Shown piece after piece: positions 1-13,980 of a stretch of DNA of 64,000 nucleotides. The stretch lies in contig OZ024740.1 of NCBI GenBank assembly GCA_964016885.1, forward strand, positions 173,352,001 to 173,416,000, written 5' to 3'. The DNA comes from Eledone cirrhosa. Lineage: Eukaryota. The translations under genes were made by a program, and so were the position numbers. The notes beneath the pieces are model-generated. The model saw nothing but the letters and a program-made list of their open reading frames with translations. It was not told the origin of the DNA and did no database searches. How positions within the stretch are numbered: position 1 is the first letter of the stretch; every line of letters begins with the position of its first letter.

Positions 1-59
1 CTGTCACTACCTCCGTCTCTCCCGTGAGAGTTGAGGATCTCTCACTATTATGAGCAAAT

Positions 60-210
60 GGGGGCCCACGTGCTGGCTTCCCCGTGGCCCCAGTGGACAG
101 AATAGAGAAGGCGTTTCCCCGATATTTGGAGAGTTTACCCTCCTCGGCCCGAAGTGCAGCAGACCCTTGGTTAGTCGCAGACTGCACCAGATTGCCGCAG
201 GAGGTTAGTT
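60..210 (-). mobile_element. CRE-clade non-LTR retrotransposon 3' fragment, internally deleted
   Basis: Minus strand reads ..GSAALRAEEGKLSKYR|GNAFSILS.., the C-terminal restriction-like-endonuclease (RLE) region. It matches the 36.5-kb copy on both sides of a deletion of about 145 bp (aaggcgtttccc | cgatatttggagagttta). Confidence 0.6.
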
Positions 211-327
211 CATAATAAAACAGTGAACACTCCGAATGGAAAATATTCAGTGCGAAGTGTATCAGATAATTGAAAAAATAGTAGTTCGGCACTTAATGCC
301 TCCATTTTATATATAAATAGACATATA

Positions 328-497
328 ACGGCGGTGGATTAGCAGAATTGTTACTACGTCGGATGAAATGCAGTATTTCTTTACGGTCCTCTCTTTTCAG
401 TGCACTAATCCTGCTGGAGTTAACTTTACCTCTCATCCTTCTCGGGTCAATAAAATAAAGTACCAGTCAAGTACTGGAGCGAGTTTAGTGATGTAAT
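328..497 (+). mobile_element. tRNA-derived SINE (Meta-domain-like), degenerate
   Basis: Head ggcggtggattagcagaatt and core ttaactttacctctcatccttctcgggtcaataaaataaagtaccagt, shared with more than 20 copies in the window. Confidence 0.7.
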
Positions 498-561
498 CAT
501 ACGTTGAGTATTATTAAGTTAGACTTGGCCAGGGCCAATATTGGCCGAAGAGCTTATCAAA

Positions 562-636
<75 letters not shown>

Positions 637-639
<3 letters not shown>

Positions 640-1412
640 CGTTTCTGAATTTGTTTAGCAAGATTCTTTATCTGAAATCGTGTGTTGAAACCGATATTGT
701 TATACTTTGGGAGGGTCATGTTGCCAATAAGAAACACACGCACCAGTTGCTTTCACTTCAATTTATTATAATAAATTTATAAATTTAGGAATTTATAAAC
801 CTTCAAGATAGTAAAGAATCATCTATACTCTACCAACATGCTAAAATAGAACATAAGGGTAAATTAGAGAACATAGAAATAAAAATAGAATCTACACACA
901 GAAAAGACGCAATGTTTAGACAAATCACAGAGGCAATTAACATAAAAGAATTACAACCAAAATTAAATAGAAAATATGAGTGGAACAGCAACATCACAAC
1001 TTACAATTAAGGACAAAATGAAAACACACACACACATAGAACAAACAACCAACCGGTAACATGTAAATAAACAAATAAATAAACGAATATAAACACACAC
1101 AGACACCCGGATGTGGCGCATGCACAGACTGAGCACACAACACACACACAGAAACAAAATGGCGTAGGACAGAACAAAGGAGAGGCACAAAAACAAAGAA
1201 AAGAATCCCCAGTCACTGAAGAGGTCACAGAATGTGTGACGAAAGAACTTTGACAATATATAAACAACTATCTGGTTGTGGAACCAACCAACCAACCAGA
1301 AATTTATAAATTTATAAATTCCTAAATTTATAAATATATTATAATAAATTGAAGTGAAAGCAACTGGTGCGTGTGTTTCTTATTGGCAACATGACCCTCC
1401 CAAAGTATAACA

Positions 1413-1416
<4 letters not shown>
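637..1416 (+). mobile_element. Penelope-like element (PLE) remnant: GIY-YIG 3' end plus pseudo-LTR, with an inverted pLTR copy
   Basis: ..TEAINIKELQPKLNRK near 930-975 fits the PLE GIY-YIG C-terminus. Inverted repeat of about 105 bp (694-799 vs 1311-1416). Hammerhead-like motif at 1212-1254. Both ends run into (TA)n. Confidence 0.7.
1212..1254 (+). ncRNA. Minimal type I hammerhead ribozyme, degenerate (PLE pLTR)
   Basis: GTCA-CTGAAGA-G-GTCACA/TGTGAC-GAAA-GAAC-TT-TGAC. Stem I GTCA/TGAC, core boxes intact, one extra G before stem II, non-palindromic stem III. Confidence 0.55.
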
Positions 1417-3097
<1,681 letters not shown>

Positions 3098-3102
<5 letters not shown>

Positions 3103-3209
3103 AACGAGTAGGACCCCGACGGCTGAGCTCAAGCCGTTTCGACGGCTAATTCCGGAATTAGCCGCCGAAACGGCTTGAGCTCAGCCCTCGGAGTCCTACT
3201 CGTTCCTAT
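3098..3209. repeat. 112-bp GC-rich near-perfect palindrome with no loop
   Basis: Centre ttcc|ggaa at 3153/3154. The 56-bp arms have 3 mismatches and the left arm abuts the TA array. Confidence 0.92.
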
Positions 3210-3336
3210 TACCCACTCTACTACCCTAAGTATTGAGTACTTTGGTGCGTTATGGTCCACCTGGTTCCTTACCACATTTCCTTCGTTTTATATATTTATA
3301 TTTATATTTATTTATATATATATATATATATATAAT

Positions 3337-4015
3337 ATATATTTAGAAACACACAGATACTGGTTCAGTCTGGTTCAACCGGATTGGTCTGTCCCAGTCA
3401 TTCATTGAGCAACATCGGTAGGGTTGGCACCATTGACTCACGGTTGGATGTGGATGCATTCATGTATATGTGTGTGTCCGCATGTATCTGTGTGTTTCTA
3501 AATATATTGTTCATAACTCCCTCTGGTCGAGTAATCTTTGAAGTGTAGCGACTGCTGGAAAGCAGCCATTACTCATACTTCTCGCCCCCTTTACCACCTC
3601 TTCTACGGCTTCGATATAAATACCCCCTCCGCCTCCGTGGTATTTTCTTCGAGGTTATAAGAGGCTTAGCTCTGTTTCTCGACCGTGATATCGCGTGACT
3701 ATCTCCCCCTCCGCCTTTTGGGATTCTTTCTCACGTCGTGTAGACGCGTTCTTGAAGCTATAAAATGAGGTATCCTCTTGATAAGTCGACAGACCTCGCA
3801 AGGGCTCTATATCTTTATGATGTACTGTTTTTGTTTATGCCACGAAACTACGTAGTCGATCCTCTTGATAAGTCGGCAGACCTCGCAAGGGCTCTATATC
3901 TTTATGATGTACTGTTTTTGTTTATGCCACGAAACTACGTAGTCGAGGAATCTAGGAGCAGTTTAGGTATGATACATTTTATTACTAATTATATCTAAAT
4001 GTTCCTTCTCTCTTC

Positions 4016-4020
<5 letters not shown>
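3337..4020 (+). mobile_element. Non-autonomous hammerhead-containing retroelement (retrozyme / PLE-dependent candidate), order B-C-A
   Basis: Segments 3356-3508 (B) and 3953-4020 (A) recur joined as A-B on the minus strand at 46240-46474. Contains TATAAATA (about 3616) and tandem hammerheads. 5' end carries a short inverted copy (3337-3360 vs 3484-3507). Flanked by (TA)n. Confidence 0.65.
3773..3949 (+). ncRNA. Tandem pair (87-bp period) of type I hammerhead ribozymes with U3-A8 core variant
   Basis: TCCTC-TTGATAA-GT(C)GGCA...TGCCAC-GAAA-CTACGTAG-TC-GAGGA. Stem I TCCTC/GAGGA, stem II with one bulge, palindromic stem III, GUC cleavage triplets ending at 3857 and 3944. Confidence 0.75.
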
Positions 4021-4061
<41 letters not shown>

Positions 4062-4189
4062 GATAAATCTACCAAAAGTTTACGGTAGTGTCCAATCTAA
4101 CACATATATATCCTAGAAACGATCGTAAAATGATGAACTTTTTTTAATATAAGGAACTGTTTCTTTGTTTATTCATTATTTTATTAATT

Positions 4190-4311
<122 letters not shown>

Positions 4312-7300
4312 GTGCATAAATGTTTAATAAGCTCCCGGAGAATTGTATCAATAACATCTAAAAAGCCATCTTCGCATTCGGTGAGAAGGTGATAGATGTA
4401 CCTGGTTCGATTCTATGTCGTAGCTGTTTTACTTGCTCCGATAATGACTTTAAGAAAGAATGATTGCTACAAGACTAATGCAGCACCCAATGAAATTACT
4501 TAGCCAGGCCGGTCGTTAGGTTTTGTTGCTTTCAGGAGCTTCTGAAAATTTTGGGAGGGTACTCAAACTCACAATAATTCTAAGGCAGAGTTTCAGAATA
4601 AACATATCAGTATCATTTTTAAATCTGAAACGTTGATGAGCACCTTTCTTGGTGACGGGCTCTCACTTTGTGTTGATAACTCGTTGACTGACGCTTCTTT
4701 TCATAAAAAGGACAAGTTATTGAATGACCCCCGCTAATATGTAGGATACATACAAAATAGAAAGAGCAACGTCCCATGGATTAAATCAAAGCTAATTTCG
4801 ATATGTTGGGGGAGTTCGATTCCTGAACTAGATGGCATGTTGTGTCCTTGAGCAAAACATTTCATTTTGTGTTCCTCCAGTCGAAGGAAGAGAGCAATCT
4901 TGTACTCTCAGTCACTTAACGCCAATGAAACTTGGATAAGTACCGACTTGATGAGCCCATGGTTTTGGATTAATTACGATACCCAGTTTAGCCGCATGTG
5001 TCATCCCAGCTGATCAGTTTCTGTGTCACTTCTCGAGTTATGAGTTATGCGTGTTTGTTTACTTCTTCCACCCTTTGTTGTGAGATAAATCCCTCTCATG
5101 TTTTACATGGGTCTGAAACGCTAACACTTTAACATCTTATTGTACATCGAGTGTTCTATGTATATATAAAAGAAGATATATAAAGAATATGGTAGACTGA
5201 AAACATCATGCATCACAAGTTATTGTTCAAACGTGTATTTTATTATACTGTATCTGTTAGTACATGTTATGCTGTAGGAGAAAGAATCAAAAGAGAAATT
5301 TGAGGGGAAGGAAAAGTAGTCACGGTTGAAGGTAAAAGACAGAGTGAGAGAGAAAAGTGTTACACGGAGGGTAGATAGTAACGATGTGAGCCAAAAGGAA
5401 GAGAAGGCCATTTACTTACAGTATGTTACGTGGTTAAAGGAATAGGTAAAAATACAGACAAGAGTGTTTATTGGGGGGAATGTGAGTGGGAACGCTATTT
5501 AGACATATAATCAAACGCACACACGTGATAAACTGAGAGCTGTGTGGTGGCTTAATTGGTAAGAGTATTGGTCAATTGAGGTGATGGTAGTGGTTATAGC
5601 TGTGATAAGGAAGAGAAGGCGAAGACTGTAGTTTTTTAATTTACAAATATTTTTTTAATTAATCGTCAACTATTTAACGCATAATTGACAGAGTCGCTAA
5701 AACGTCAGAATATCAGACACAATATTTTGTTGTATTCGATCTGAGTTATGGAGACCAACTTTGCCTTTAATCTTTGGAGGTCGATACAAAAGTACCCGTC
5801 CGATACTGAGATTGATTCTTCCTCTATATCTCTTTCTCCCTCTCCTTCTCTGGAAGAAATCGGCTGTATTCAGACCTAGAGAGGTTTTATAATGTCTAAG
5901 AAGCGTTGTAAGCCCTTAACAAAGATATACCGACTTATGGAAGCATAATCAAAGATAGCTTATAAAAATGAAACATTTATTTGCTTGGTATTGCAGTGGA
6001 ACCATCTATTATAAGTGTTATAATGTAGGACAGATGAATATTTTCCAGTCTTTGGGCTTTTTAATTAAGGAATTGTATTTAAATTAGTTTATCAAAATAT
6101 GTTATGTTGTTTTTCACTGCAGCGACGAATGTGGGCCGATTCATAGTTGCTACGGTAGGAAGTACCGGATCAAAATATCGAATAATCTTCAAATAGAGGC
6201 TTGATCCAAGGAAGTCCACACAGTTCTAGTCTACTCGATTTTACTGATAAAGCTTTGGTCAACTCGAGGTTATAATACTACCGCGCAGTGGGTACTCTGG
6301 TGTGATTGCGAAGTGAAATCCTCAACAACTTGACCATGCCTGGGCCGCAGTTAGAAACGTGGGGTGAGGGTCAATATAACGAATAGTAATTAAATTAATA
6401 TGCTCATTGTAGTTATTAAAAGATTTCAAATATTTTTTGCTCTAATTTTAATTGCATAAAACAAAGAACTAAAAAGGTGTCTGAAATGTTATGGATTTTT
6501 CGAACGAAATTTTTATGAAAATTTCGAGAATTGTAAAAAAACTTTTACTGACTTTCTCTGGACAAAATCTAAATGTGTGATTTTAGCAAAATAAGTCGCA
6601 GATTATAATATCAATTTAATTACTCTTACCTCTCACTTCTGCAACGACAGAACATTGTTGGTAAAAGTAGAGAAGTATCGGCTTGGATCAGAGATGTTGT
6701 AACCAAAACAAGCTTCACTGAGTTACCTTCTCTTTATTTCACTTTATATTTAACGATGTGTACAAAAATCCTTTGATTTTAATCTAAAAATTTCGGAATG
6801 TGATAAAGGAAATTGTATCAGAACTATGCTCATTCATATCAAGTCCGGCATACGACAGGCATTTTAATTTGAAATTGTAAGAATACAAAATAGAACAGGT
6901 AAGGAAGAACAACAGATTTTGTCACACTAAAATGACTACCAATTTAAAATGGTTTATATTCGTAATTGTTGAGATTTGTTATTTTCTCCATATATATTTT
7001 AAGTTTTAGCTTCTTGATCATCTTTATGACTCAGATATTAATTCCCCTTCGTTTTATTTTTAATGCATGGGAACTGTTCAAAGAATGTTTCGAAGTATTT
7101 TCTGTATTTTCTATGGCTTTTTTTTTTTCTTTTTGTATTTTAGCTTAGTATGTTTGACTTAACGATTAACCCATTTTGGTTCGTAAAAGACATATTTTAC
7201 ATATTTTCAACCAAGAAAAAAAACCCTGTGTTTATGACGTTTATTTCTTGTCTCTTTCATATTCCCCTTTACCTCTTCAATGTACAGAATTATTCAGAAA

Positions 7301-8373
7301 GAATATAAAAATCACATTATTTTGCTTAAGCTATTAGAGGTTACTGTAAAATTATAAATAGTATTTAATATAAAGCGTTCTTTATTTTTATGTTAATGAA
7401 TGGCACGCTCTAAAACCCGAGCGTTTCATTTCATTCGAATTTTCATACGTTTCCTTTATTATTATTTGAAAGAACAATATACAACTTGAATCAAAAGTCT
7501 TGCTCAAAATGGAAATTTTGAATAGACAAAATGTGTTGTTTTTTTTTATATTTCTGGTGTACCTTTTTCCAATTCCCCAACAATAAAGCGAAAGGTCTAG
7601 AATAATTCGTATTGTGTTATATATAATTGTTTATGTACTTTTATTGATTGTAAATATCCTTTTAGCTTAACATCGAGTACAAACTGATCATTTCATCCAT
7701 CCATTTCGCTTCATTGTTATTCTTGTTTAACCCTAAATTTCAATTCAGATTATACTCATAATGGAAGAAAAAACCATTAGCGATAATTTCAATTTTGTCA
7801 AAGACAAAAGAGACAACTCTGAAATTCAAACAAACTAAAATTTCAATGAGAGCGTGCAGTAAGACGTGAATCTAATCTTTGGTAAATATGCAACAACTCT
7901 GGATATATTTTGGTCTCATATGTTGTCATTTCTTTTCGGTTTCTGAAATCAGGGCTGTTTATAGACTGAGTACTGTTGTATATTAATTTTGAATGAAATG
8001 GTGTAAATGTAATGAACAAGACGTGTTTCGTTTGATGATTGATGGCATCAACATTTTGAATTGCAATGTAAAATAACAGGTTCGGTTTATTTACTATACC
8101 TAACCCGCTTCCTATTTTCCATTGTCTATAAATATGAAACGTAATGTAGTTGTGTTGCATTATAGATTCCTCTCTTAACGGGTATAGATTGTTTGATATA
8201 AAGCTGTTGAGGACATATTTATAAAAAGCAGATATTTGAAGCTAATAGAGGAAACAGATTTTCCCCATTGTGTTAAGACTTATATAAAAAGTATTGTGAT
8301 AAAGTGTTGGATAGAAAAGGCAGAACATAAAGAAAAACAAGAAAGGACAATAGAAAGTGGAAAGAAAGAGAGA

Positions 8374-8443
8374 TATGCAGATGATATGCAGGTATGCAAA
8401 TGATATGTAGGTATGCAGATGATATGCAGGTATGCAGATGATG
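8374..8443. repeat. 19-bp tandem repeat, about 3.6 copies (tatgcagatgatatgcagg)
   Basis: Units start at 8374, 8393, 8412 and 8431. Confidence 0.8.
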
Positions 8444-8509
8444 CCAAGCTAGACAGAGAAAGAATTAAAACCGGAATTTATGAAGAGAAATAAAAGGATA
8501 GACCTAAAA

Positions 8510-8945
8510 GCTTAGCGCATTTTGATTGTCGTACTACGCTCGAGCCCAGCAGCCCTACCCTCAACCGCTTTGCTGAAGTCGCCCTGAAATGCTTCTATTT
8601 TTCTGTGAATATCTATCAGCAGGTCACTTAGTGGCCATGAGAACTAAGATGGGTCCCAACTATATCAACGTTTATCGGACATATTGAGGCACAAATGTTT
8701 GCCTAATTTATTGGACCCATCCCAGAGCTATACGAGCGTTACACCGACAACTACATCAGTTTGACCCGTTGTCAGCAACTTATTTGTCGCTTTCGTCAAT
8801 TCCTGCCACCCTACACTAGATTTCAAATTTCCCATTGTCGTCACCTCTGTTTACTTCCTTGATATTTCGGTCTCTATTAACCACCCAAACCCCTCCAACA
8901 TAATCGTTTAGAAGCCCACTGACTACTACAACCTCAGTGTTACCT
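8510..8945 (+). mobile_element. Penelope-like reverse transcriptase fragment, decayed
   Basis: Frameshifted motifs PTLNRFAEVAL, VAMRTKMGPNY (cf. GVAMGTKMGPNYA), RYTDN (cf. RYIDD), YFLDISVSI and KPTD occur in the expected order. Confidence 0.7.
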
Positions 8946-9027
8946 TCTGACCATATCTATCGGCAGATCTCCATTAGTGATATCAATTTGCTTAAAAAAA
9001 AGAAAATTGCCAAACCTATTAAAAAAA

Positions 9028-9147
9028 CGCGTAGGAATGGATGTATGGGGAAAAGGTTTGATTTCCAACCACAAGCCTTCATGTTCGATCCCATTGCGCG
9101 GCATCTGAACAAGTTGTCTTTTACTACTGCTTCAAGTTGACTAATAC

Positions 9148-9192
<45 letters not shown>

Positions 9193-9410
9193 GGGGGGAG
9201 GGGGGATTTTGTTCGTGTTTATGTTTACACCAATCTAAAAACCAGTGTTTATGTTGCGCTCCTTTATGTCCCATGAATTCGACAAATAGCGATTGATAAA
9301 ATAAGTACCAGACTGATATAGATGCTGGAGTTAAATGATCGATTAAAACCTTGAAGCTGTTAATCGAGCATGACGACAGTCCAGTGACGGAAATCATTAA
9401 AAAATAAAAG
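9028..9410 (+). mobile_element. tRNA-derived CORE-type SINE interrupted by (TA)n
   Basis: Head gcgtaggaatggatgtatgg..gttcgatcccattgcgcggcatctgaacaagttgtc, and 3' part gataaaataagtacc..gcatgacgacagtcc. Confidence 0.55.
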
Positions 9411-9649
9411 AATGTGGATGTGAAATTAAAATTTCTGTGTGAAACCTTATAACTCAATCGGGACAATACATCATCATTATCATCACCGTTTTACGTCCAT
9501 TTTCCACACTAACATGGGTTATGTTTTCATATTGGTAGGTCATGAGGTGCAGTCTTTCAGTAGTTGACTTTGTGTTTTCCTTTTCCAATATGATTTCCCC
9601 ATATATGTATGTTTGAAAATATTTTGACATGCATCATTACTGGCCTAGA

Positions 9650-10935
9650 TCTCTGGAGAGGCACCTAAGCAATGGCAATCGGGAGTAATAATCCCAGTTT
9701 TCAAACAGGGAGACAATAGAGATTATTTCAATTACAGAGGAATCTCCTTGTTAAGCCTCCCCGGTAAAGTTTATGCTAAGTGTCTGGCAAAGAGATGCAG
9801 AGAGATTATCGAGTCCAAGCTAGCTGATGAACAGTACGGTTTTCGCCCTGGACGCAGCATAGTCGACGAAATATTCACACCACGGCAGGTCTCCGAGAAA
9901 TCGTGGGAGTATTGCCAAGAGGTATAGTCTTGTTTTGTAGATCTCGAAAAGGCATATAACCGCATTACTCGGGACATGCTGTGGAAAGATGTGCCGGGGG
10001 TGCTAAATCGAAACCATTCAATGTGGGTGTCGGGCTCCTCCAAGGGTGCGTACTGTCACCTCTCCTGTTCATTATTTTCATAAATAGGACTGACATGCGC
10101 AGCCGGCTTGAAAGTGGTATCACGACTGGCGGGTATAAAATCAGTCGGCCAGAATTTGCAGAAAACATTGTGTTACTTAACTCGACAGAAAGGGATCTCC
10201 GATTTGCACTTGATAGGTTTGATGCCGAGTGCTGCATGGATGGAATGAAAATGATTGCTGCGAAAACTGAGACACTCGTCCTCTCAAGGAAACCTGCACA
10301 GTGCATTCTGCGCGTGAATAGAGTTCCACTGAAGCAGGTGGAAAAGTTAATGTATCTTGGGGCCGTGTTCACGAGTGATGGAAGGCAGAAGGCTAAATTA
10401 AGTGCGAAAATTGCAGGAGCTGGTGGAGTAATGCGCCAGCTTCAGCATTCAGTAATCAGAAGGGAAGTAGGTGTGAAAGCCAAACTCGCTATCTTGAATT
10501 CGGTATTCGTGCCAACCCTTACCTATGGTCAAGAGTCTTGGGTAATGACCGAAAGAATACGATTGCGAATAGAAGCGACCGAAATGAAGTACCGTTACTC
10601 AATAGAGTGCGTAGCTCGGAGATCAGAAAGTCACTCTAGGTAGAGCCATTACTTCTCCAAATTGAGAGATCACAACTCTGATACTCTGGGCATGTGGTTA
10701 GTATGTCTCAGGAAAGAATGGCTGGACAGATTTTATGGGCCAAACCAACCGGCAGGAGACCTATGGGTAGACCTCGAGCAAAATGGCTGGATAACATCCA
10801 TGAGCTTGGCTGGTCTCGCTTAGGCATCCAACCGGATCATTTGGAGGCGGCTGCTTCTGACAGGACCCGCTGGAATGAGTGTTTGAGGACTCTGCCCCCA
10901 CAACCCTCTCAGGAATAAGTGGGTGAAGAAAAAGA
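9650..10935 (+). mobile_element. 5'-truncated, decayed RTE-clade LINE (Rex3/Expander-like) RT and 3' end
   Basis: NYRGISLLSLPGKVYAK, EQYGFRPGR, FVDLEKAY, VGLLQGCVLSPLLF, FAEN (broken FADD), YLG, GRRPMGRPRAKW. Contains an internal deletion, stops and frameshifts. The 3' end ctgcccccacaaccc..gaagaaaaagat is followed by a short CAT tail. Confidence 0.85.
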
Positions 10936-12425
10936 TCATCATTACTTCTTTCTTGTAAAGAACTAATTATTGCGTGTATACTATACGGATAAAGCTTTAA
11001 ATACTCACAGCGAGACTATATGTATGTTTATTGTACATAAACAAATTGTATGCGGGTCTATCTGCGCCTTTATTCTGAACCACACTTTATTGTTATCACT
11101 ATTACTACTAGCCAGTCAAGCTTGCACTATATGTAAATAAGCCTTCAGCAAAATAATGTTTTACAAGTATCTCGGAGAAGGTGCCTGCTGATTATGAATA
11201 ATTCTGAAATACATGTATAGAGCGCTCTTACGCCGATACCGATTTAGTTGTGGCATGACCTGAGCAATACTATATTATATACAAACATAGATCCATATAC
11301 GCCATTAATGTGTATGTATGTGTAAGTCTCATCGCGTGAATGTGTGTGTAAATCTAAGACACCCTTCAAGAAGTCGTACTTGACGTTAAACCAGAATTAG
11401 CCAGTCCTATTATACTTTATTCTTTTTGCAATGAATATGTTGTTAACTATAGAATATAGAAGAAAGAATATACGAATAAAAAGTCGTTTTCATTTTATCC
11501 TCTGACTCGTTTCTATTTCAGATACGAGATTAAATAATTGGGAAGTAGGCTAATCTGAAGATCAACAAAAGTGATCTAGTGAACTGCTAACTATAAATGA
11601 TGTTTATTTCACATATAGTCTCTCACACTCTCTCTCTCTCCATCGCCATATATATATATATATATATATATAATCTAACACTGAGGCCATTTTCTCCTGT
11701 AACCTACGTAGAAACCTCATTACGTCTGACGATAAATATAGATATATATATATAACTAGATAGAAAGTAGGATGTCAATTGTTTGCTCAATTCCAGGCTA
11801 TTTAATTCCATTGACTGCAAATAAAATACATTTTTTTAAAGCAGGATTGTTTTATACAACGATCCTCATTGTTACCAAATACAGCTTCAGCACACGCAAG
11901 ATGGCTGTCAAAAATATACACAAAAAAAAAACACTATCGTTCTCTGCTATTTCTAACTTACGCACCCACACAAAGAGTTCATTCTTCTTTGTGAATGCGC
12001 TTATTCATCAAGCCTCTCATTCTGTGTGTAATTCAACATGACCTTCTTTTATATTTTTGTTACATCAGAAGTGCAGAGCAAATTTTGAAAAAATAATTTC
12101 CCTAAGCGGCGATTATACTGACATCGTTCAGTTTCTTTCTTTCTTTCTTTCTTTCTTTCTTTCCGTCTTTTAATAAGGTAGAAATTGATAATTGAGGTTA
12201 AATAAACTTTGAATAACACTAGGTTCTTTGTACCAAGGATTGGGGAAAGTGTTAAATATATATCAGGCACGTGCCATGAGTAAACACTCAGGCTGGGCTG
12301 TATTCTATAATAAAGTAAATTGTCAACAAAAGGCCTCCTCATTATAAGACAATGTGTAAAAATAATTTTACAACAAAAAATATTTACACACACACATACA
12401 CCGCATGTGTATGTGTGTGTGTGTG

Positions 12426-12533
12426 TAGAAATGGCTTCTACAGAACCAGAACTGTTTCATTTGAAAGAAATCATCAGGAAAGCTCTGATTTCCTTCAAAT
12501 AAAACAGTTCTAGTCCTGTAAAAGCCATTTCTA
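12426..12533. repeat. 48-bp-arm inverted repeat with 12-nt spacer
   Basis: Arms 12426-12473 and 12486-12533 differ at 5 positions, all transitions. Confidence 0.88.
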
Positions 12534-13937
12534 TATTAAATTTTGTATATGCTCTACTAATTTATTGAGTACCTTACTTTCTGTGGGTACCGCCGATTGA
12601 ACCCGTGACTCATATATATATATATAGGAACATTAACAAAGAGAAGACAACGAATGAAAACAAGGCAAAACGAAAACCAATTTTGAAGGGGAAACCGTAA
12701 AAAAAACTCTTTAAAAATGAAAATACAAACGAAAGATGCAGAACTCCAAGGTTTTCAGCTGTCAAAATATGCCACTGTTAGTTTCGACCCCGACTAATGG
12801 TACTGCTGATCCACCCGGGGTCACAGCGTCTGACATAAGCCAAAGCGCTGTCCGGTGGAATAAGAGACAAGACAAAACAATAACTTATAACAATTAAGCC
12901 ATAACAGGTACAAATATATATTCGTATATTTTGGTTTACAAAAAGTACTCAAAGCCAAAGTAGTGCGTATTATATATGTTATATTACTGAGATTACTCAT
13001 AATATTTTATATAGAGTAACCCTTACTCATACTACTTAATATACACATGAAATATATGTATTATGTTTAAAAATTAGCTCAACCATTAGCGGTAAACATA
13101 CACACCCTCATCTTCTCACTCTATAATGACACTAAGCAAAGCAAAAATAATTATGTCTTTACGACACTATATTAACACATTCTGGAGCTTCACTCACGAC
13201 TCGAAAACAAAAACAACTAAAAGTGTCATCGCTTCACATATACTTACTATTAAGAAATACCATTGCACCTTCTATTCCCATATTCAGACAGAAAAGTATT
13301 GAAAAGTATTGGAAAAAATTTATCTTCACTCCTAATTTTTGATGTCATTTTTTTTTCTGCATATATTTTCAAAGGTCAGAATTGACGAAATATAGATGGT
13401 TTATTTATTATTGTTGTTAGGCGTAGAATGGGCATTAGGGTCGAAATTCTTTGAGACAGTATGTCTGTCTAACTGCAAATTATTGCTCCTTTACTGAATT
13501 ATACATTGAATTCCAACCATTAAATCAATATTGTTATAACGATTTAGAAATCATTCACTTATTATATTTAGTATTTGATATAGTCTGTCTAAGTAAACAT
13601 TGCCCTCTCCCTATAAAAAGGATTAAGATCCCCTTCTGTCACGAACGACCGCGGATTTTGACATGTATGTCCCACTTGAGCAGCCCATGGACAATTGCTT
13701 GCTATTTTTAATAGGTTGGGCAACTGCGTAGTAGTTCTTTCATTGATTGTGTCAAATTGACACCTTTTCGGTGTTGGTGTTAATTTATTTAGTCCGATAC
13801 TTGTAGTTCTGAGTTCTAAACACGAAAGGTTGTTTTGTTTTGTTTTTAAATTCCATTGATTCAAACTTTTCTTTAAACATTTCGTCCAAATTCGTTATTG
13901 TTTGAATAATAGATACTATTAAAACTAATTAAAGTGA

Positions 13938-13980
13938 TCACGAAATGTTAAGGTGAAGCTGGTACCTTAACATTTCGTGA
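13938..13980. repeat. Perfect 17-bp hairpin
   Basis: tcacgaaatgttaaggt / accttaacatttcgtga with a 9-nt loop. Confidence 0.85.

Noticed and set aside
3765-3998. 77-aa ORF with an internal 29-aa repeat
   Set aside because: By-product of the 87-bp duplication. The conserved features fit an RNA structure rather than a protein.
6890-6905. Strong splice donor CAG|GTAAGG as a 5' UTR exon of the Hillarin-like gene
   Set aside because: Plausible, but a lone motif 8 kb upstream with nothing linking it to the acceptor at 14860.
12770-12840. Hammerhead-like motif on the minus strand (GACCCCG/CGGGGTC-GAAA)
   Set aside because: The CUGANGA box and UH triplet are missing; at most a decayed remnant.
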